From positions 121,106-185,105 of the forward strand of contig MCFE01000074.1 in NCBI GenBank assembly GCA_002104905.1: a stretch of DNA of 64,000 nucleotides. The letters run 5' to 3'. Numbering within the stretch: position 1 is the stretch's first letter; each line of letters opens with the position of its first letter. The position numbers and the translations under genes are program-made. This DNA is from Basidiobolus meristosporus CBS 931.73. Lineage: Eukaryota > Fungi > Basidiobolomycota. Positions 38,421-51,539 of this stretch are shown in pieces. The notes under the pieces are model-generated. The model ran no database searches and was not told the origin of the DNA. It was given only the letters and a program-made list of their open reading frames with translations.

Positions 38421-39424
38421 CTACCACAATAAATGCTTAGCTTTATTCCCCAACATAGATGGCCACCCATACCATTTGCCTCCAAACACCAATGTCGCCT
38501 GTGCAAAGTCCTTGACGAACTGCACTCTGTTGCCAGAGTGGAACCTGATGCTTGCTGGAAGTTCGACCTGTATCGTATCTAGTCCACCGATCCTCCAATA
38601 CCTGTCAGTACTATATCCGCCGCGGTAATAACTCCCGTTGTTGGGTGAGGGATACTGTGGAGATGGCACTGTCTTATATCCCAGAGATCCTAGAAGCCCG
38701 CCAAACGAGTTGTTGTGGCGAAGTAGATCGGCTATTTGGAAATGTAGGGAATTGTTCAGTAAGCGGCTCAGGCTGAAAGAGCCGCCGTACATGTTGAGCC
38801 TATCGTCAGGAAGTTGCAACTGGTCCTTGCCAAGTAGATATCCCAACTCGATCCAGTTCTCGGGATGCCTTTGTCCTACAAAAGCTCCATGTTATACCAT
38901 GTTGGCTTTGTCTGGGCCAGACCGAAGGACTTACCGTGAATGTCCAAATAGAGGCCGCGTCCAAACAATTCCTGAACTTCCTTACAGGCTAGCAGTACTT
39001 TCTCGTGGTATTCATTGTAAACTCTGGCTGCTTTTAAGTTATCGTAAGCCTGGCTCCCGGGCTCTCGATTCACGTCGACTTTTTTCCTGCTCAGGTGGCA
39101 AATGATAAGATATGGCCGCCTGCCCAGGCTGCTTAGATGCTCGACCAACTCTCTGGCAATTTCTTGGGTGTGTATGTCGCCAAGCAACCTGTTTTGAGGA
39201 GATTTCCTTCTATCCGGAAAAGACACTGGGAACAAGTAGCCACCGTGTGGTGCCGTGATTACGAGCGGGAAATCCCCTCTGACAAATTCAACATATTCAT
39301 CAGTTGCTTTGGAAGCGAAATGTGGAGCAGATAGTACAAATTCTCTATCTCTAGTCAACGAATAGATGATTCCTGGGTGTAGCACGACTAGCAGACAACA
39401 TATGAGCCATCTCTGGTGTATCAT
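38421..39424 (-). CDS. N-formylglutamate amidohydrolase-like hydrolase with predicted signal peptide; one intron
   Basis: APHGG, VDVNR, LDIHG, IQVELP motifs; hydrophobic N-terminus. Confidence 0.7.
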
Positions 39425-39845
39425 TGCATTGAGGGTTAGAAATCAGTGTATGCGCATTTCAACGTCACAACATCCACCACTCATTCAAATGGGGAGTGCC
39501 ATGACGGTCTAATCTGATTGTCTTCGCAATCTATCGAAAAATCCGAAAGCCCCACCGTTTTAGTCCACCTCGGAAGGAATTCCAGGCCATTCACGCAAAA
39601 CCCGGTGTTTATTCAAGCGCATTTGAGAAAAAAACCATTTGAGATGAAAAAATTGCTCATCTGACTGTAATTGGATCGTGGAAAAGAAAAAAAAGTTTCC
39701 CTCGAATTAGGGGTGATGGGTAGGACGTGGTTGGGCGGGAGGGGAATATCGAAAGATAGTGGAAAACCACTTGCACCTCGCGGGTTTCTTTTACGAACAG
39801 TTGTTGTCCGGTGTTCACGTATTCTAGTCTCCAGTTAATTCTAAT

Positions 39846-41200
39846 ATGGCCCAACTTAAGAATGAAAGATTAGCTTCCACTGCTTTGGATGTCGAAGGCA
39901 GCAAGCCTGTTGAAGTCGTGCAACTTGATTCCTTGGTAGGTTTACATCCTGGCCGATGGTGGTGTTTATTAGTAGACTAATCTATCTTGAACTCCATCCA
40001 GGTTGCCCTCAAGATCCTTAAGCACTCTCGTGAGAACTATCCTTCTCCCGTCACCGGCTCCCTCTTGGGTCTCGACGTAAACGGAACCCTGGAAGTATCC
40101 AACTGCTTCCCATTCCCTTCTTCATACAGCAACGATGATGCCGATGGTAGAATCCCCTATTGTAACTCGCAAAACGAATATCTTACTGACAACCCGTTCT
40201 TAGGTGAACAATACCAACTTGACATGATGAGATGCCTTCGCGACGTTAATGTGGATAACAACTCTGTTGGTTGGTACCAATCCACCTACAGAGGGGCTTT
40301 CATGAACCAATCTTTGATCGAAAGACAATACAACTACCAAGTCAGCTTCGGAAACAAGAGCGTCGTCATCATCCATGGTATTTCCAACGCATAGCTATCA
40401 TTCAAGTGAACTCCAAGCGCTGACCCTGTTTTTGTAGACGTCGACCGTGCCTCTCAAGGAAACGCTTCCCTTCGCGCCTTCAGATTGAGCGAATCTTTCA
40501 TGGAAGCCTACAAGGAGAAGAAATTCACCTCAGAAATGTAACGGTTCTCCTCTCAATAGATTCCAAGAAACCACCCTAACCTATGCACTCTACAGTTTGT
40601 CTCAATTGAAGTTGAGCTATGAAAATATCCTTGAAGAGCTCCCCGTTGCCATCCGTAACTCCAACCTTGTCAACGCTATGCTCTATGAGATGGAGGATGT
40701 TGATACCATCCCCACCAACAGCTTCAACCCCGAGTACTTGAAGGAATTCACCGACAAGATTGCCCCACTCACCCCCAACTTCGATGTTCTTGAGTTGAGC
40801 TTGAATCCTTTCGTCGAGAAGAACTTGGAGTGCTTGATCGACAGCATCGAAGAGCACGCCTCCGAGCAAGGCAACTTCCAATACTGGCAACGTAGTGTTG
40901 CTAGGGAGCAGGCCAAGATCCAACAACACCTTTCCAAGAGAGTAAGTGAGATGCACACCATCAGCAAAGTCCAGTACTAACGTTCGTAAATAGAAGGCCG
41001 AGAACGCCTCTCGTGTGGCGGCCGGACAGAAGCCTCTGCCTGAGGAGGACATCAACACCCTATTCAAACTCCCTCAAGAGCCATCCAGGTTGGAGAGCAT
41101 GTTGATCACCAGCCAAATCAGCGAATACTGCAAACAAGTCAACCAATTCTCAGGACCGGCACTCGGTAAACTGTTCTCCGCTGGTGAACTCCAGAAGTAA
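39846..41200 (+). CDS. EIF3H: Translation initiation factor 3 subunit H (MPN domain), multi-exon
   Basis: [51 protein letters not shown]. Confidence 0.92.
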
Positions 41201-41775
41201 ACATCATCATCTTAGGCGTAATTCCCTTTTCTTGACCTTGGTCAATTGTTGTAAACCATACCGAAAGAAATATATAAACACATCTCGAAAAGATGATTAA
41301 TAGCGTAGCTCATGACAGAGTTCCTGGTAACTGATCCCGGAAATCACTGAAACCCATTTGCGTTTGCCGTCATCACAGTGGTGAATGCTCAGATCAAAAA
41401 TAGCTTGGAACAGTGGTGATTTCCTAAATGCGTGGATTACTGTGCATTGTATTAATAGATTGGATCTGTATATTCCAAAAGGGGAATGATCAGTACGATT
41501 GCTATTTGCGAATAAGATTACTTCGCTCGAGGTTCCATTCATATCGTCCTGATAATGCCTACTTGTGGATATTTGTTTTTGGCGTGAAAGTGAAAAACGC
41601 TCGGTTACTTCGCTTTCTTCCTGTTTATATCTCCACCGGTCCCTAGAACTGTGTCCCAGATTCCAACTCCTCGTTTACCGTATATCTTATCACCCCCACG
41701 TCAACCGTAAATAGCTTGCTTACTGTAGAGTTGCTTGTATAACTTCATCCAGAGGAACTGCTATATTTCAAAGTC

Positions 41776-44132
41776 ATGTCTACTTACAAAGAAAGGTAGG
41801 TTGGGCTAGCCGATTATCCGAGGACCTAGATATTCATTCTTATCTATGTACTGGATAGACTTCAACAGTTCCTTGAAATTACCAAGCCGGATTCTGGTTC
41901 CTCAAGTGTGGACGTGGAGCGCCTACAGAGGCTGTCCTTTCAGGGTAAGACGTGTCGCCAGGAGCTAGCGCACTCAAGGTTTACTAATTCTGAATACAGG
42001 CATCCCTGATGAACAAGGAATTAGACCCACTTGTTGGAAGGTACCTAGCGTCACTCAACATATTTTGTTTACGTATATTGACGTTGGTTCTTCCACAGCT
42101 TCTACTCGGATACCTCCCGCCTGACAAATCGCTCTGGAGCAAAATACTGAGCGAGAACCGTATATGCTATTATGTAAGTTTGGCCGCAATTAGGGTTTTG
42201 AGGAGCTGACTGACGGTTACTCTGTTAGAATTTCGTGAGAGACCTGATCGTTGATCCAGGAGAAGAAGAGGAAGCCATCCCCACCAACAGCGATCATGTA
42301 ACCCGTTTAGCAGTAACCTTGCCTATAGCTTCATTCAACTGATCCAATATGCACATATGTGTCTTTCTCTCGCTGAAGCCATTAAGTAACGCACCGGACA
42401 GCAAATGGAACACATATTTCAAAGACAATGCCACTTTGGAGCAAATCGATAAAGACGTCCGTCGTACGCTGCCGGATTTCGCTTTTTTCCAACAGCCAGT
42501 GACCCCGTCCGCTTTTTCGCCTCTTTCCCCTCATTCCTCAGCACGCTCGACACCCTTATCGCCTAAGCGTAAACACCTTTCCTTGGTCGAGCCTATCCCA
42601 GATAGACGTGCCCTGTTCAAGCGCTTACAGAATATAAACGGCCGAAGCGCTAACAAGCGGGCCGCCAAACCGGCTAGAAAGTTATCGATTAACATAGCAG
42701 TGAGCACTTCACCAAAAGCCTTCTTGGAAAGATTGAGCTCAAAGGCGAGCGAGGAGGAATCATGCGACCTCCACTGGGAGGTGATCGAACGGCTGCTCTT
42801 CATCTATGCCAAGCTGAACCCAGGTGTTGGCTACGTTCAAGGGATGAACGAGATCCTAGGGCCAATTTATTACACAATGGCCAACGATCCAGATGAGGAA
42901 TCCCGAGGTAAATACGGCGCCTTGATGGTCTTGTCTGTGCTCATTGCTTAGTTACCTTCTCTCTCTTAGCTCATGCGGAGGCGGATTCTTTCTTCGTCTT
43001 CACCCTCCTGATGTCCAATATCCGAGACCACTTTGTTCGAACTTTGGATAATAACACAGACTCTGGCATCAACGCGTCGATGAAACGCATGAACGAACTC
43101 CTCAAAGAGATGGACTTCGAGCTGTGGCAGAATCTAGTAATCCGTAGTAGCGCACATGCCCCCGCGACTATCGTACTAACCCAACCTTACTCATAGGAGG
43201 ATAAAAGCATCATTCCAACCTATTATGCGTTCAGGTGGCTGACTGTAATGTGTACACAGGAGTTCAGTCTCCCGGAAGTCATCCGACTCTGGGATTCGAT
43301 TCTGGCCGACCAAGATCGTGGAAACGGCCTTGAGTTTCTCATTGACTTTTGCTGCGCTATGGTCATGTAAGTGATGGTACTTTTGAGTCAGTGCTGAGTG
43401 GTCGACTAATCGGATTTTCGCTAGTTGCATTCGTTCGGAAATCCTTTCAGCATCTTTTGTAAATAGCATCAAATTGTTACAGGTTCGTTCAGCTGCTCGG
43501 ATAGTGGCCTCCTAACCCTCTACTCACCCGTCGTTCCTTAGAATTATCCAATCTCGGACATCCACCAGGTTCTACAGAAAGCGTACGAATTGCGCAACAT
43601 CCAACAACGCCACAAAGAAGCTCTGAGAATGCAGCAGGAAACGCTTCGGCGAATCCAGGAGGATCCTAACCTCTTGAACCCGTATGGGTTCATCCCCCTG
43701 TCCCCCACATCCTCCGATGATGAGAAACCCACCAAACACAAGGCCATCAGTTATTCACCGGGCGACAGTGAAGACGAGGATGATCTGGTGGTGTTCAAAA
43801 CCCTACCCCAGGGAACCAAAGTGCTAATAGATTCACCTACCACACCGCCACACTCCCCCACATCAAGTGTCCGGCTGAGTGGCCTACTGAAGGTAGTGAA
43901 TGGACATGGCTCCAAAGAGCGCGCGAACCACCTCGAGGAAGGTAACCTCAAAGGAGACATGGAGCGAGACCACATTTCTTCCGATGAGCCGGAGAGCAAG
44001 GGATTCCAATTTTTCAAATCCAAGGTAAACTTGTTCAACAGAAACCCCGCCAACCCCGGGTCAGTCGCGTCGAAGCTGGGTCAGGGTGGGAGACGATTTG
44101 CCGCATTCTGGAAGGAGCGCAAGGTGAATTAG
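41776..44132 (+). CDS. Rab-GAP, TBC1D13-like, multi-exon
   Basis: IDKDVRRT, YVQGMNEI, EADSFFVF, YAFRWLT. Confidence 0.88.
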
Positions 44133-44498
44133 AGCGGGGGGTTGTGTTTATCTACATAGAGCGATTTTTGCCATCCTACATCTAATCTGCCGAAATCTCC
44201 CTCTTTCTTGCCCCCTTCAGTGGGTTTTCGTTGGTCTTGTTCATATATATATATACCGCTTTAACTCTTATAAATTCGATTGAAATTGTGCTTCCCGACT
44301 GTTTGCTTTATCGAGTTTATTCAAACGGAGTATATACATAGCTAGACTAGAGGAGATATGATGCGAGCTGAGGGATGAGCCGGTCATCCTTGAACTCGTG
44401 GTAAATAATAGAGGCGTAGGCTGGTTGTGGTATATAATAGAGCTATAAGAGCGATAAATCTATGGTACAGGAATGTGACGGGAGGGGAGATGGCAAAG

Positions 44499-45389
44499 CT
44501 AGGATAGAATATTTGGAGTCAACGCGAGCCGAATCGTCTCATTCCTGAGCTCCGGATCAACAATCATTCTCTCGAAGCTTTCGACTTTCTGCAGTCTGTT
44601 CTCAAATTTGGCTATGGTTTCGGGGCTGGATGGGTCTTCTGCAGGGTCCTCATGGGCCGGTGCGCATTCCTCACCCGACCTCGATCCGCCCCTCCCGCCA
44701 AAAAGTCTTCTACCAAACAGTGGGCCCATAAAGCCAGAGCTCCCAGATCCCTTACGGACTTTCTTTATGGGTTGGCACTGACTCTCACCGAAAGTCTTCT
44801 TACGCTTCAGTAGCGAGCCAGCATTGAATATGGACTTTTTACGCTTGCGATTGTCGGGGTATCCATTGTGGGCAGGCTCAAATTCACAATAACATCTTTT
44901 CCGCGGGGTCTTCGAGTGGGTGGTGCATTTCTCACAGTGCCCTTGCTTCGGGAGGGGTGACTTCTCCATTGGAATCGACCCCCCGAAACCCGTACAGAGC
45001 TCTCCATAAATACCGGAGTGGAGCTGAGTTTCTTTGGGCTTGGGATCTGCTTGTGGCGAATCCGACAACCGCTTGCTGTTCCTCAGGGAACCTAAACCCG
45101 AACCGTCATTAAGCGAGGTCTTCTCGGCACTGGGGAAAGCTTGACTTGAAGTACGTAGAAACACGCGCTCCCAAGTCGAGCCTTCCGAGTTCGTGAGAGA
45201 GACGCCGGAATCGGAGCAAACGTCATCACGGCCTGAATTCTCCTGCTGGATGTTGGTGTTGTGTCTGGCGCCTCTCTTCGAGAAAATCTTACGGAACGAC
45301 CGAGAGATGGAATGAGCAAAAGGGATTGAATTGGACATGCTGCAAGTCGCGTTCTGCGCAGAAGCACTACGGAAAGGTCTGTATAACAA
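44499..45389 (-). CDS. Hypothetical low-complexity basic/Ser-rich protein (start probably ATG at ~45338)
   Basis: ~280-296 codon open frame between known genes; no recognised domain. Confidence 0.55.
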   Translation of the reverse strand: MLYRPFRSASAQNATCSMSNSIPFAHSISRSFRKIFSKRGARHNTNIQQENSGRDDVCSDSGVSLTNSEGSTWERVFLRTSSQAFPSAEKTSLNDGSGLGSLRNSKRLSDSPQADPKPKETQLHSGIYGELCTGFGGSIPMEKSPLPKQGHCEKCTTHSKTPRKRCYCEFEPAHNGYPDNRKRKKSIFNAGSLLKRKKTFGESQCQPIKKVRKGSGSSGFMGPLFGRRLFGGRGGSRSGEECAPAHEDPAEDPSSPETIAKFENRLQKVESFERMIVDPELRNETIRLALTPNILS

Positions 45390-45862
45390 ACACAGGGTAT
45401 GCAGTGACTGAGAAGAAAAAGATATCCGATCTAAAGCTGTGCCAAAACATTGGGCGGATTGACATTATATGGAATGGGAAAATTGCGTGAAAATTACGTT
45501 AAAAGGGAATCACAAAAGTTCCCCGAGCTATTAATACGGAGTGGCCATTGTAAGCATTATGGGGGTGTCTTTGTGGTGAACATCACTCAACTCCAAACTC
45601 GCTGATTGGTGACACCAGCCTATACTTACCGGGATTAGCAAAGGTCATGAAGGCACGTTATTTGTGGGTTGCCCAGTAGATTGTTGGCATCGAAAAGCTC
45701 TGAACAATGCGCCTGTAAACAAAGGGGCTTGGGAAGCGATTCTATTGGATATTTCGCATCGCAGGGTTGGAAGTTAACTTTTAATTCACAACTCAAAATT
45801 ATGCAAGATTAGCAAGGATATTGGCTAGGATACTTGGTGGCTAGGATACTTGGGGAGAATAT

Positions 45863-47230
45863 TCATACTAGTCGCTCAACGATCATATTTTCTGGCTGTT
45901 CATATGGATGGGATTGATATATACTGTGTTCTTGGGGAAGTGCCGATGCAGTTGGCGGTGCCTCCGGCTCTAACGGATTCCCTTTTTCATTGGGCTCACT
46001 GTCCACCCCTAGACGGGTTCCCCATGCTGTGACATGTAACGTGAATAGAGCGTACAGCTTCATGATAGCAAAGTAATAGTTGAACAAAAGGAATGCTGGC
46101 ACAAAGATCACGTCTTGCGGCCGTCTCCAGAAATGCGGCAACAGCTTAATCATACGGGTCAGTAACAACCAGGTGAAATATGACACAAGCACTACCCACA
46201 ATGGAAGGTGATACTGGCCCTTCGCCGCTTTTACACAGAGCATCGTAACCAATACTGGCCCTGCTAACAGCGAGATGGGGTTGAAAAATTTATCCAACAT
46301 TGTGTAGGCCACGTATGGGAAGCGATGCCAAATCACCCGTTCCGTAAACAAGGAGCGTATGTCCGAGCGCCAGGTATTTCGAGTCCAGCGCAAGACTTGC
46401 TTGAGAAAACGCCAATTATTTTTGAATGTCGAGAGAAGCTCTGCCTCGGGACAGACCTGCACGTAGGTATTCCAGCCATGTCGGACCATCCAACGGGTCA
46501 AGAATTTGTCATCCCCCGAGTTCAACTGATACTTGCCCAGCCAGAAATCATTGGTGAAGTTGTGAATAAAGGCTGGGTCTTTCAATATGCTTGTTCTGTA
46601 GGCAGCTGTTCGTCCAGAGAGGCAGCACACACCTCCATCTATGTGCGTTGACGCAGCAACTTCGATGTTGCGTTGGGTCAGCCGGAATCCAGCCAGCACC
46701 TCCCAGACGGTCTGGTGCTTCCCTACTGGTTTGACGGATTGCGAGGTGCCTACTCCGCCCATCCTCCGGTCCTCAAAGCAAGCCAACATGTATTCCAGAC
46801 ACGTGGGAGGCCAAATGGCGTCGTCATCGGCAAAGACAAGTATCTCGGTTGTGGTGTGGCGGATCCCCTCTACCATCTGGAGGCGCTTATTCGCTCTGGG
46901 AACAGTGAAGACCTTGATTCGGGTTGGGTCTACCGAGTCGGCTAGTTGCTGCAGTGGTTCGAGCATCTTCTCCTCGGTAATAATTAAGATCTCTTTGGGG
47001 TTGTTTGCTAGCCATGAATGGGCCGCCTCCTTAAACTCTTCTCCTGCATCAATGGTTGGAACTACTATGGTTACATCCTGGTCAGCTCGATATGTGGGGT
47101 TTTCTAGGGGTCTTTTGGGCTGATATACGAAATAGGCGGCGAGTTTGATGAAATACCATAGATATCTGTACAAGCCTATGATGCCGAACGGGATGAACAC
47201 CGGAAAGAAATCTGCCGTAAGGTACAACAT
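45863..47230 (-). CDS. GT2 membrane polysaccharide synthase, Cps1/hyaluronan-synthase-like, intronless
   Basis: FADDD, SGRTAAYR, GDDKFLT, QVLRW (QxxRW), plus N- and C-terminal TM helices. Confidence 0.88.
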   Translation of the reverse strand: MLYLTADFFPVFIPFGIIGLYRYLWYFIKLAAYFVYQPKRPLENPTYRADQDVTIVVPTIDAGEEFKEAAHSWLANNPKEILIITEEKMLEPLQQLADSVDPTRIKVFTVPRANKRLQMVEGIRHTTTEILVFADDDAIWPPTCLEYMLACFEDRRMGGVGTSQSVKPVGKHQTVWEVLAGFRLTQRNIEVAASTHIDGGVCCLSGRTAAYRTSILKDPAFIHNFTNDFWLGKYQLNSGDDKFLTRWMVRHGWNTYVQVCPEAELLSTFKNNWRFLKQVLRWTRNTWRSDIRSLFTERVIWHRFPYVAYTMLDKFFNPISLLAGPVLVTMLCVKAAKGQYHLPLWVVLVSYFTWLLLTRMIKLLPHFWRRPQDVIFVPAFLLFNYYFAIMKLYALFTLHVTAWGTRLGVDSEPNEKGNPLEPEAPPTASALPQEHSIYQSHPYEQPENMIVERLV

Positions 47231-47659
47231 TCTGCCGCGAGTGCGCTAGACAGATGGTATAGGAGAAGAGCGAGACAAACCAGAGATGAGTGGGAGGATT
47301 TGAGGCGGGAAGTAAATATAAAGTCGGTTCGAAGATCAGCATGCGGCTCTATCCGTTTACTAGAAAGATGCAGGGGCGGACATATTGTCCCTTTACACAA
47401 TGCCATTATGCTCTACACTATCCTCCATTCGGGTCCCAATCACTCGGGTTGATCCGAAATCTCACCATGATAAGACACATCATTGCTATTCTGTACATTG
47501 TATGTCCTACACACCACCCGCACTTTGTTGATTGTTGCTACCAAGCGTCATCCACATGTTGAGCTTTATTGTTCGGTAATAATTATGGGGAGGTTCTGTG
47601 CACTGCGAGTGAATTAGAGGGTTGGATATATATATGCAAAGATGTGTCCATTGAGGCCT

Positions 47660-50600
47660 TTAGGGCTTCTTTGATAGACGTTTTGGGATTCTTGGACCAA
47701 AGCTGGGACTGCTCGTGGCCGATCGTGGAAGCTCCGAGTTCTTTCCCGGTGCGAGATTACCCGAGGTTCCGTTTCGATCATGATTCAAACCAGCTAGACC
47801 TGCAGCTAGGCTTCGACTAGTTCCGGTAGTAACCCGGTTACGGCGTCTCGACTGACTGCTTGAGCGCGAGGTCGATTGAACAGCTAGATCACCAATGAGT
47901 GTGTGGTCGGGTGAAACCAGGCATCTCTATACACTCTTACATTGATTGCGGCTTTTTTCATGCTTGAACTGGACCGCCCGGAAATGCGACAAAAGCTCCG
48001 AGAATTTCAACACCTCGGCTTGAGTTGGGGCTGGCTTTGAGGAATTTCGACGGGACTCGGGGGGTTTAGCCTCGCTTGAAGCGTACGGTTAGAGTTGGCG
48101 GTATCGGAGGCAGAAGACAGGGGAATTACCTTTTCTGGGGAACCAAGTGTAAAAAGCCAAGGGAGTTTACACTGCTTAGTCGATTTCGCAGCGTGGCAAA
48201 TGCTCCACTCTGTGGTAATAACATTAGGACGCCGTATAGACACTTGAATAGATAGGGGTATTTCTCGGGCTCTAGTAGCTGCAATCGAAGATCTATACCC
48301 ATCATTAGTGCCTGAAAAAAGCCACTCTTGCGATACAGGTCGACTTACAGGTAAATACTGGCGATTCAAGCAGTTGCACTAGTTTGTCGATCTGAATCAA
48401 AAAATTTACGGTGATCTCCAAGTCGGCGCTAATTGAGGCAGATGGTTAAGGAGTGCGCACATGGTGACTACGAGCATTCAGGGCTATCTGTGTCTGATGA
48501 GAAGGATACAAGATCTGAAGAAGGCTTGCTGCATGCTCATATACTTGCGCCAATAGACATAGGGAAAATGTTGCCACGGCATTGTGGCACCAGGACTTGT
48601 ATAGGGCAATAAAGAGCACTTGGTTTTCCTACAGCCGGATGCGCGCTAAGCCCTCTTGAGGTTGACAATAATCATAATCAGAGAGATCCTACCTTGCTGT
48701 CCAAATGCTTCAAGCGGCGTCGAAGCTCCGCTAGCTCCGGCGATGTTATCAGGATGGTGTTGAGCGTTTGTACCATGATCCCAGCAAATTCCAAATCCTA
48801 GGCTCGAGTTAGCTGGGGAGAACGTTCGCCACACAGTATCCCTAACAAACCTCATCCTTCTCCAGGATCTCCGCAAATGTCCTATATATTCGCTCAGGAT
48901 CCAAGCTCAAGCACAGCTGTCGAATGATCAAGCTTCCGCGAGTGTCCAAAAGTCGGCGATCCGTACTCAACAAAGAGAGTAGCTTTTCCATGAACCGAGT
49001 GAAGTATTCGCCATCAGATGTCGAAGAAATCTGGGCCAAAAGTTGAAGATCTCTTCTCACAACCTATAACACTGTTACTACCCTTCTCACGAAGCCCCCC
49101 CCACTTTCTCGCTTACCTCCTCAGACGAATCCGACAAAGTCTTCAATAGCGCCGGGAAGGTGACGTCTTCGGAAGCGTGGATCTGTCAGCTACCTGGTTA
49201 GTTTCATAGGTTCCAGGATGGCGGTGGTATCCAGAAACATTACCTTGTGAGGTGCTTTCTTGTGCAGCATTAATAGCCATTCGAGACTGGCTACTCGTGT
49301 CTCCTCATGCTCATTTAAAAACTGCAGAGTAAGCGCGTTGACAGTAGCTTGGTAATCAAAGGGATCTTCCTCGGTGACTTCAATAACACTGCTAATTTCG
49401 TAAGCCAGCTCAGAATCCGGGGAGTCGGTGGCTTTACCGACAGGCTCTTTTTTGAGCTTGTTGGAGGCAGGAAGTGAGCGGTCGGACATCGAGGATAGTC
49501 GTCCACTGGGAGTTTCGCTGGGCTTCTGCTGGAGGTCTGCGTCGGTTTGTGGCTGGGCGGGGATCTCAAGTATCAGTTTGAAGAGATTTGTGTTGGCTTG
49601 GATCGCTATTAGGCGAATAGGTAAATACGCGAGTTAAGGGATGTTAAAGTCACAGAGAGGCTCAACACAAACTAGCAAAACAAAAGGATATCATCAATCT
49701 GGTGGGCAAGGCATGGAAGAACTGCAGTGATGAGGGTGGGGACAAATGCAATCATGATGTCCTTGGCAAGTAGGATAAACTCATTGACCCAACGCAACGC
49801 AGTAGCCTGGATCTCCTCCTCTATGAAAAGGTGGTTAGATGAATTGGCGGTTCTCGGAATAGCCATGCGCTTATAGTACCCGAAGAAACCAAATGGGGCT
49901 TCAATATCTCAACTATTCTGGCGTAGTCAACGGTAACGCCCTGGCCAGGAACCCAAACGCCCTTCCCCTTCCCTTCGCCATGATTAACCGAGAGAGTCTC
50001 CCAGTCATGGAGAGTAGAGTCGTTTGGGGATACGAGAGCCTTGTCATCCACATCCTTGGGTTCCAATGTGGCGCCGTCGATCTCAGATTTTTCGGCAAGG
50101 CTCTGGGCTTCCATGTGTTTGATCAAGGCCATGGTTTGTTTCTGCTGGAAGCGAACTTCCGCAGCCTCGGTTATCTCTCTCAAAAAGTCCCCAAGCAATG
50201 TCGATGTGGCAACACGTACGTCCGGATTAGTGTCGCTGAGAAATTTGATCAGCCCGTCCAAGAATTCGGGAAGATAGCTAACTAGCTCGAGATCAGGAAT
50301 GGAGTCTAACACGGTGATCCATGACACTAGAAAGTGCCTGGTAAAGGGATTTAGGGTATAAATGCGCTCAGAAAGAAGTGGGATGAAGCGGGGAAGTGAG
50401 AACGTCGAGGTCCGAGTAGGTACCAGATCTCCCGGCTCAATGGCGCCTGAACCTTGCATACCGATGGTTGATTGCTCAGAGACGACATCTTTGATCAAGC
50501 GATCCAATGTGTTGGCGGCGGTCTTGACTGCTAGTTCGGTGTCCGTGGCCAACTAATCGATGATACGATGCAAGTCAGCCATAATTCGTAGCCTGGTACA

Positions 50601-51169
50601 TATTGATGCTTCATTACCTTGCTCAGTGCGTCGAATATCTCGTTAAAAAATCGAAGAATCTCTCCTTTGGATACTTTTGCTATGTTGTACATACTTTCGC
50701 ATGATTGGTATCTGACTTTCCATTCCTGGTCAGAAAAGCAGGCTAGAACGGGAGGGACTATGTCATCTAAATAGCCGACCACATCCTGGTTGCAGTAAAC
50801 TCGTTAATTATCGTCGGCCTGAGGGACTGATGAATTTCAAATATGTTTTTCTACCGAACCAAGAGCAATAGCAGCAGCAGCCAGGCCAATCAAGCCACCA
50901 TTTCGGGAATTGGGAGCTAGAGAATAAGCAAAGTCCTGAACGAGAGCCTGGAGGATCTGCTTTATACATTCTCTATCATCCAAGGCCACATAATCACGGA
51001 CAATTCTGGTGCACAATACAACTGGTTAAATACTTCCCTTAAAAGGAAGAGAACATCTCAAGAAAAGTAGGTACCTTTCGACCTCGAGAGCTGCAGTCTT
51101 CCTCTTATCATATATCTTGTCATTTAGCCCACGAACAATTTGTGGAGTTAGCGGATGAAAGTCGGACAT
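47660..51169 (-). CDS. VAC14: Vac14, scaffold of the PI(3,5)P2 complex; multi-exon
   Basis: [87 protein letters not shown]. Confidence 0.93.
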
Positions 51170-51539
51170 CGTTGGAGCCTAGTATACCCACGCAAGTGAC
51201 TCAGAAATAAGCAAAGGGTAATTAATTATTTCTGATTAATTCGAGTTGGACAAGTGTGTATAATATCACAAAGGTGACGACATTTTAACCCAACTTGTTT
51301 AACCATACAATGTTACCAATTCCAATTTGCTTAACTATACAATGTGCTCAATTTAATCTTGATCCTTTCATGGTAAGGTGCATGAACCACATTGCTGCAC
51401 TGTGCAGCAGTCGGAGAGGCACACCTTTTAGGAACACTTGACGATAAAGTTGCACTTCATCTAGCTTAGTCTCTTCTGACTTCACTCTTGTTCCGACAAT
51501 TTAATGATACATATCATATCTTGAGTCTTTCTTTCCAAT

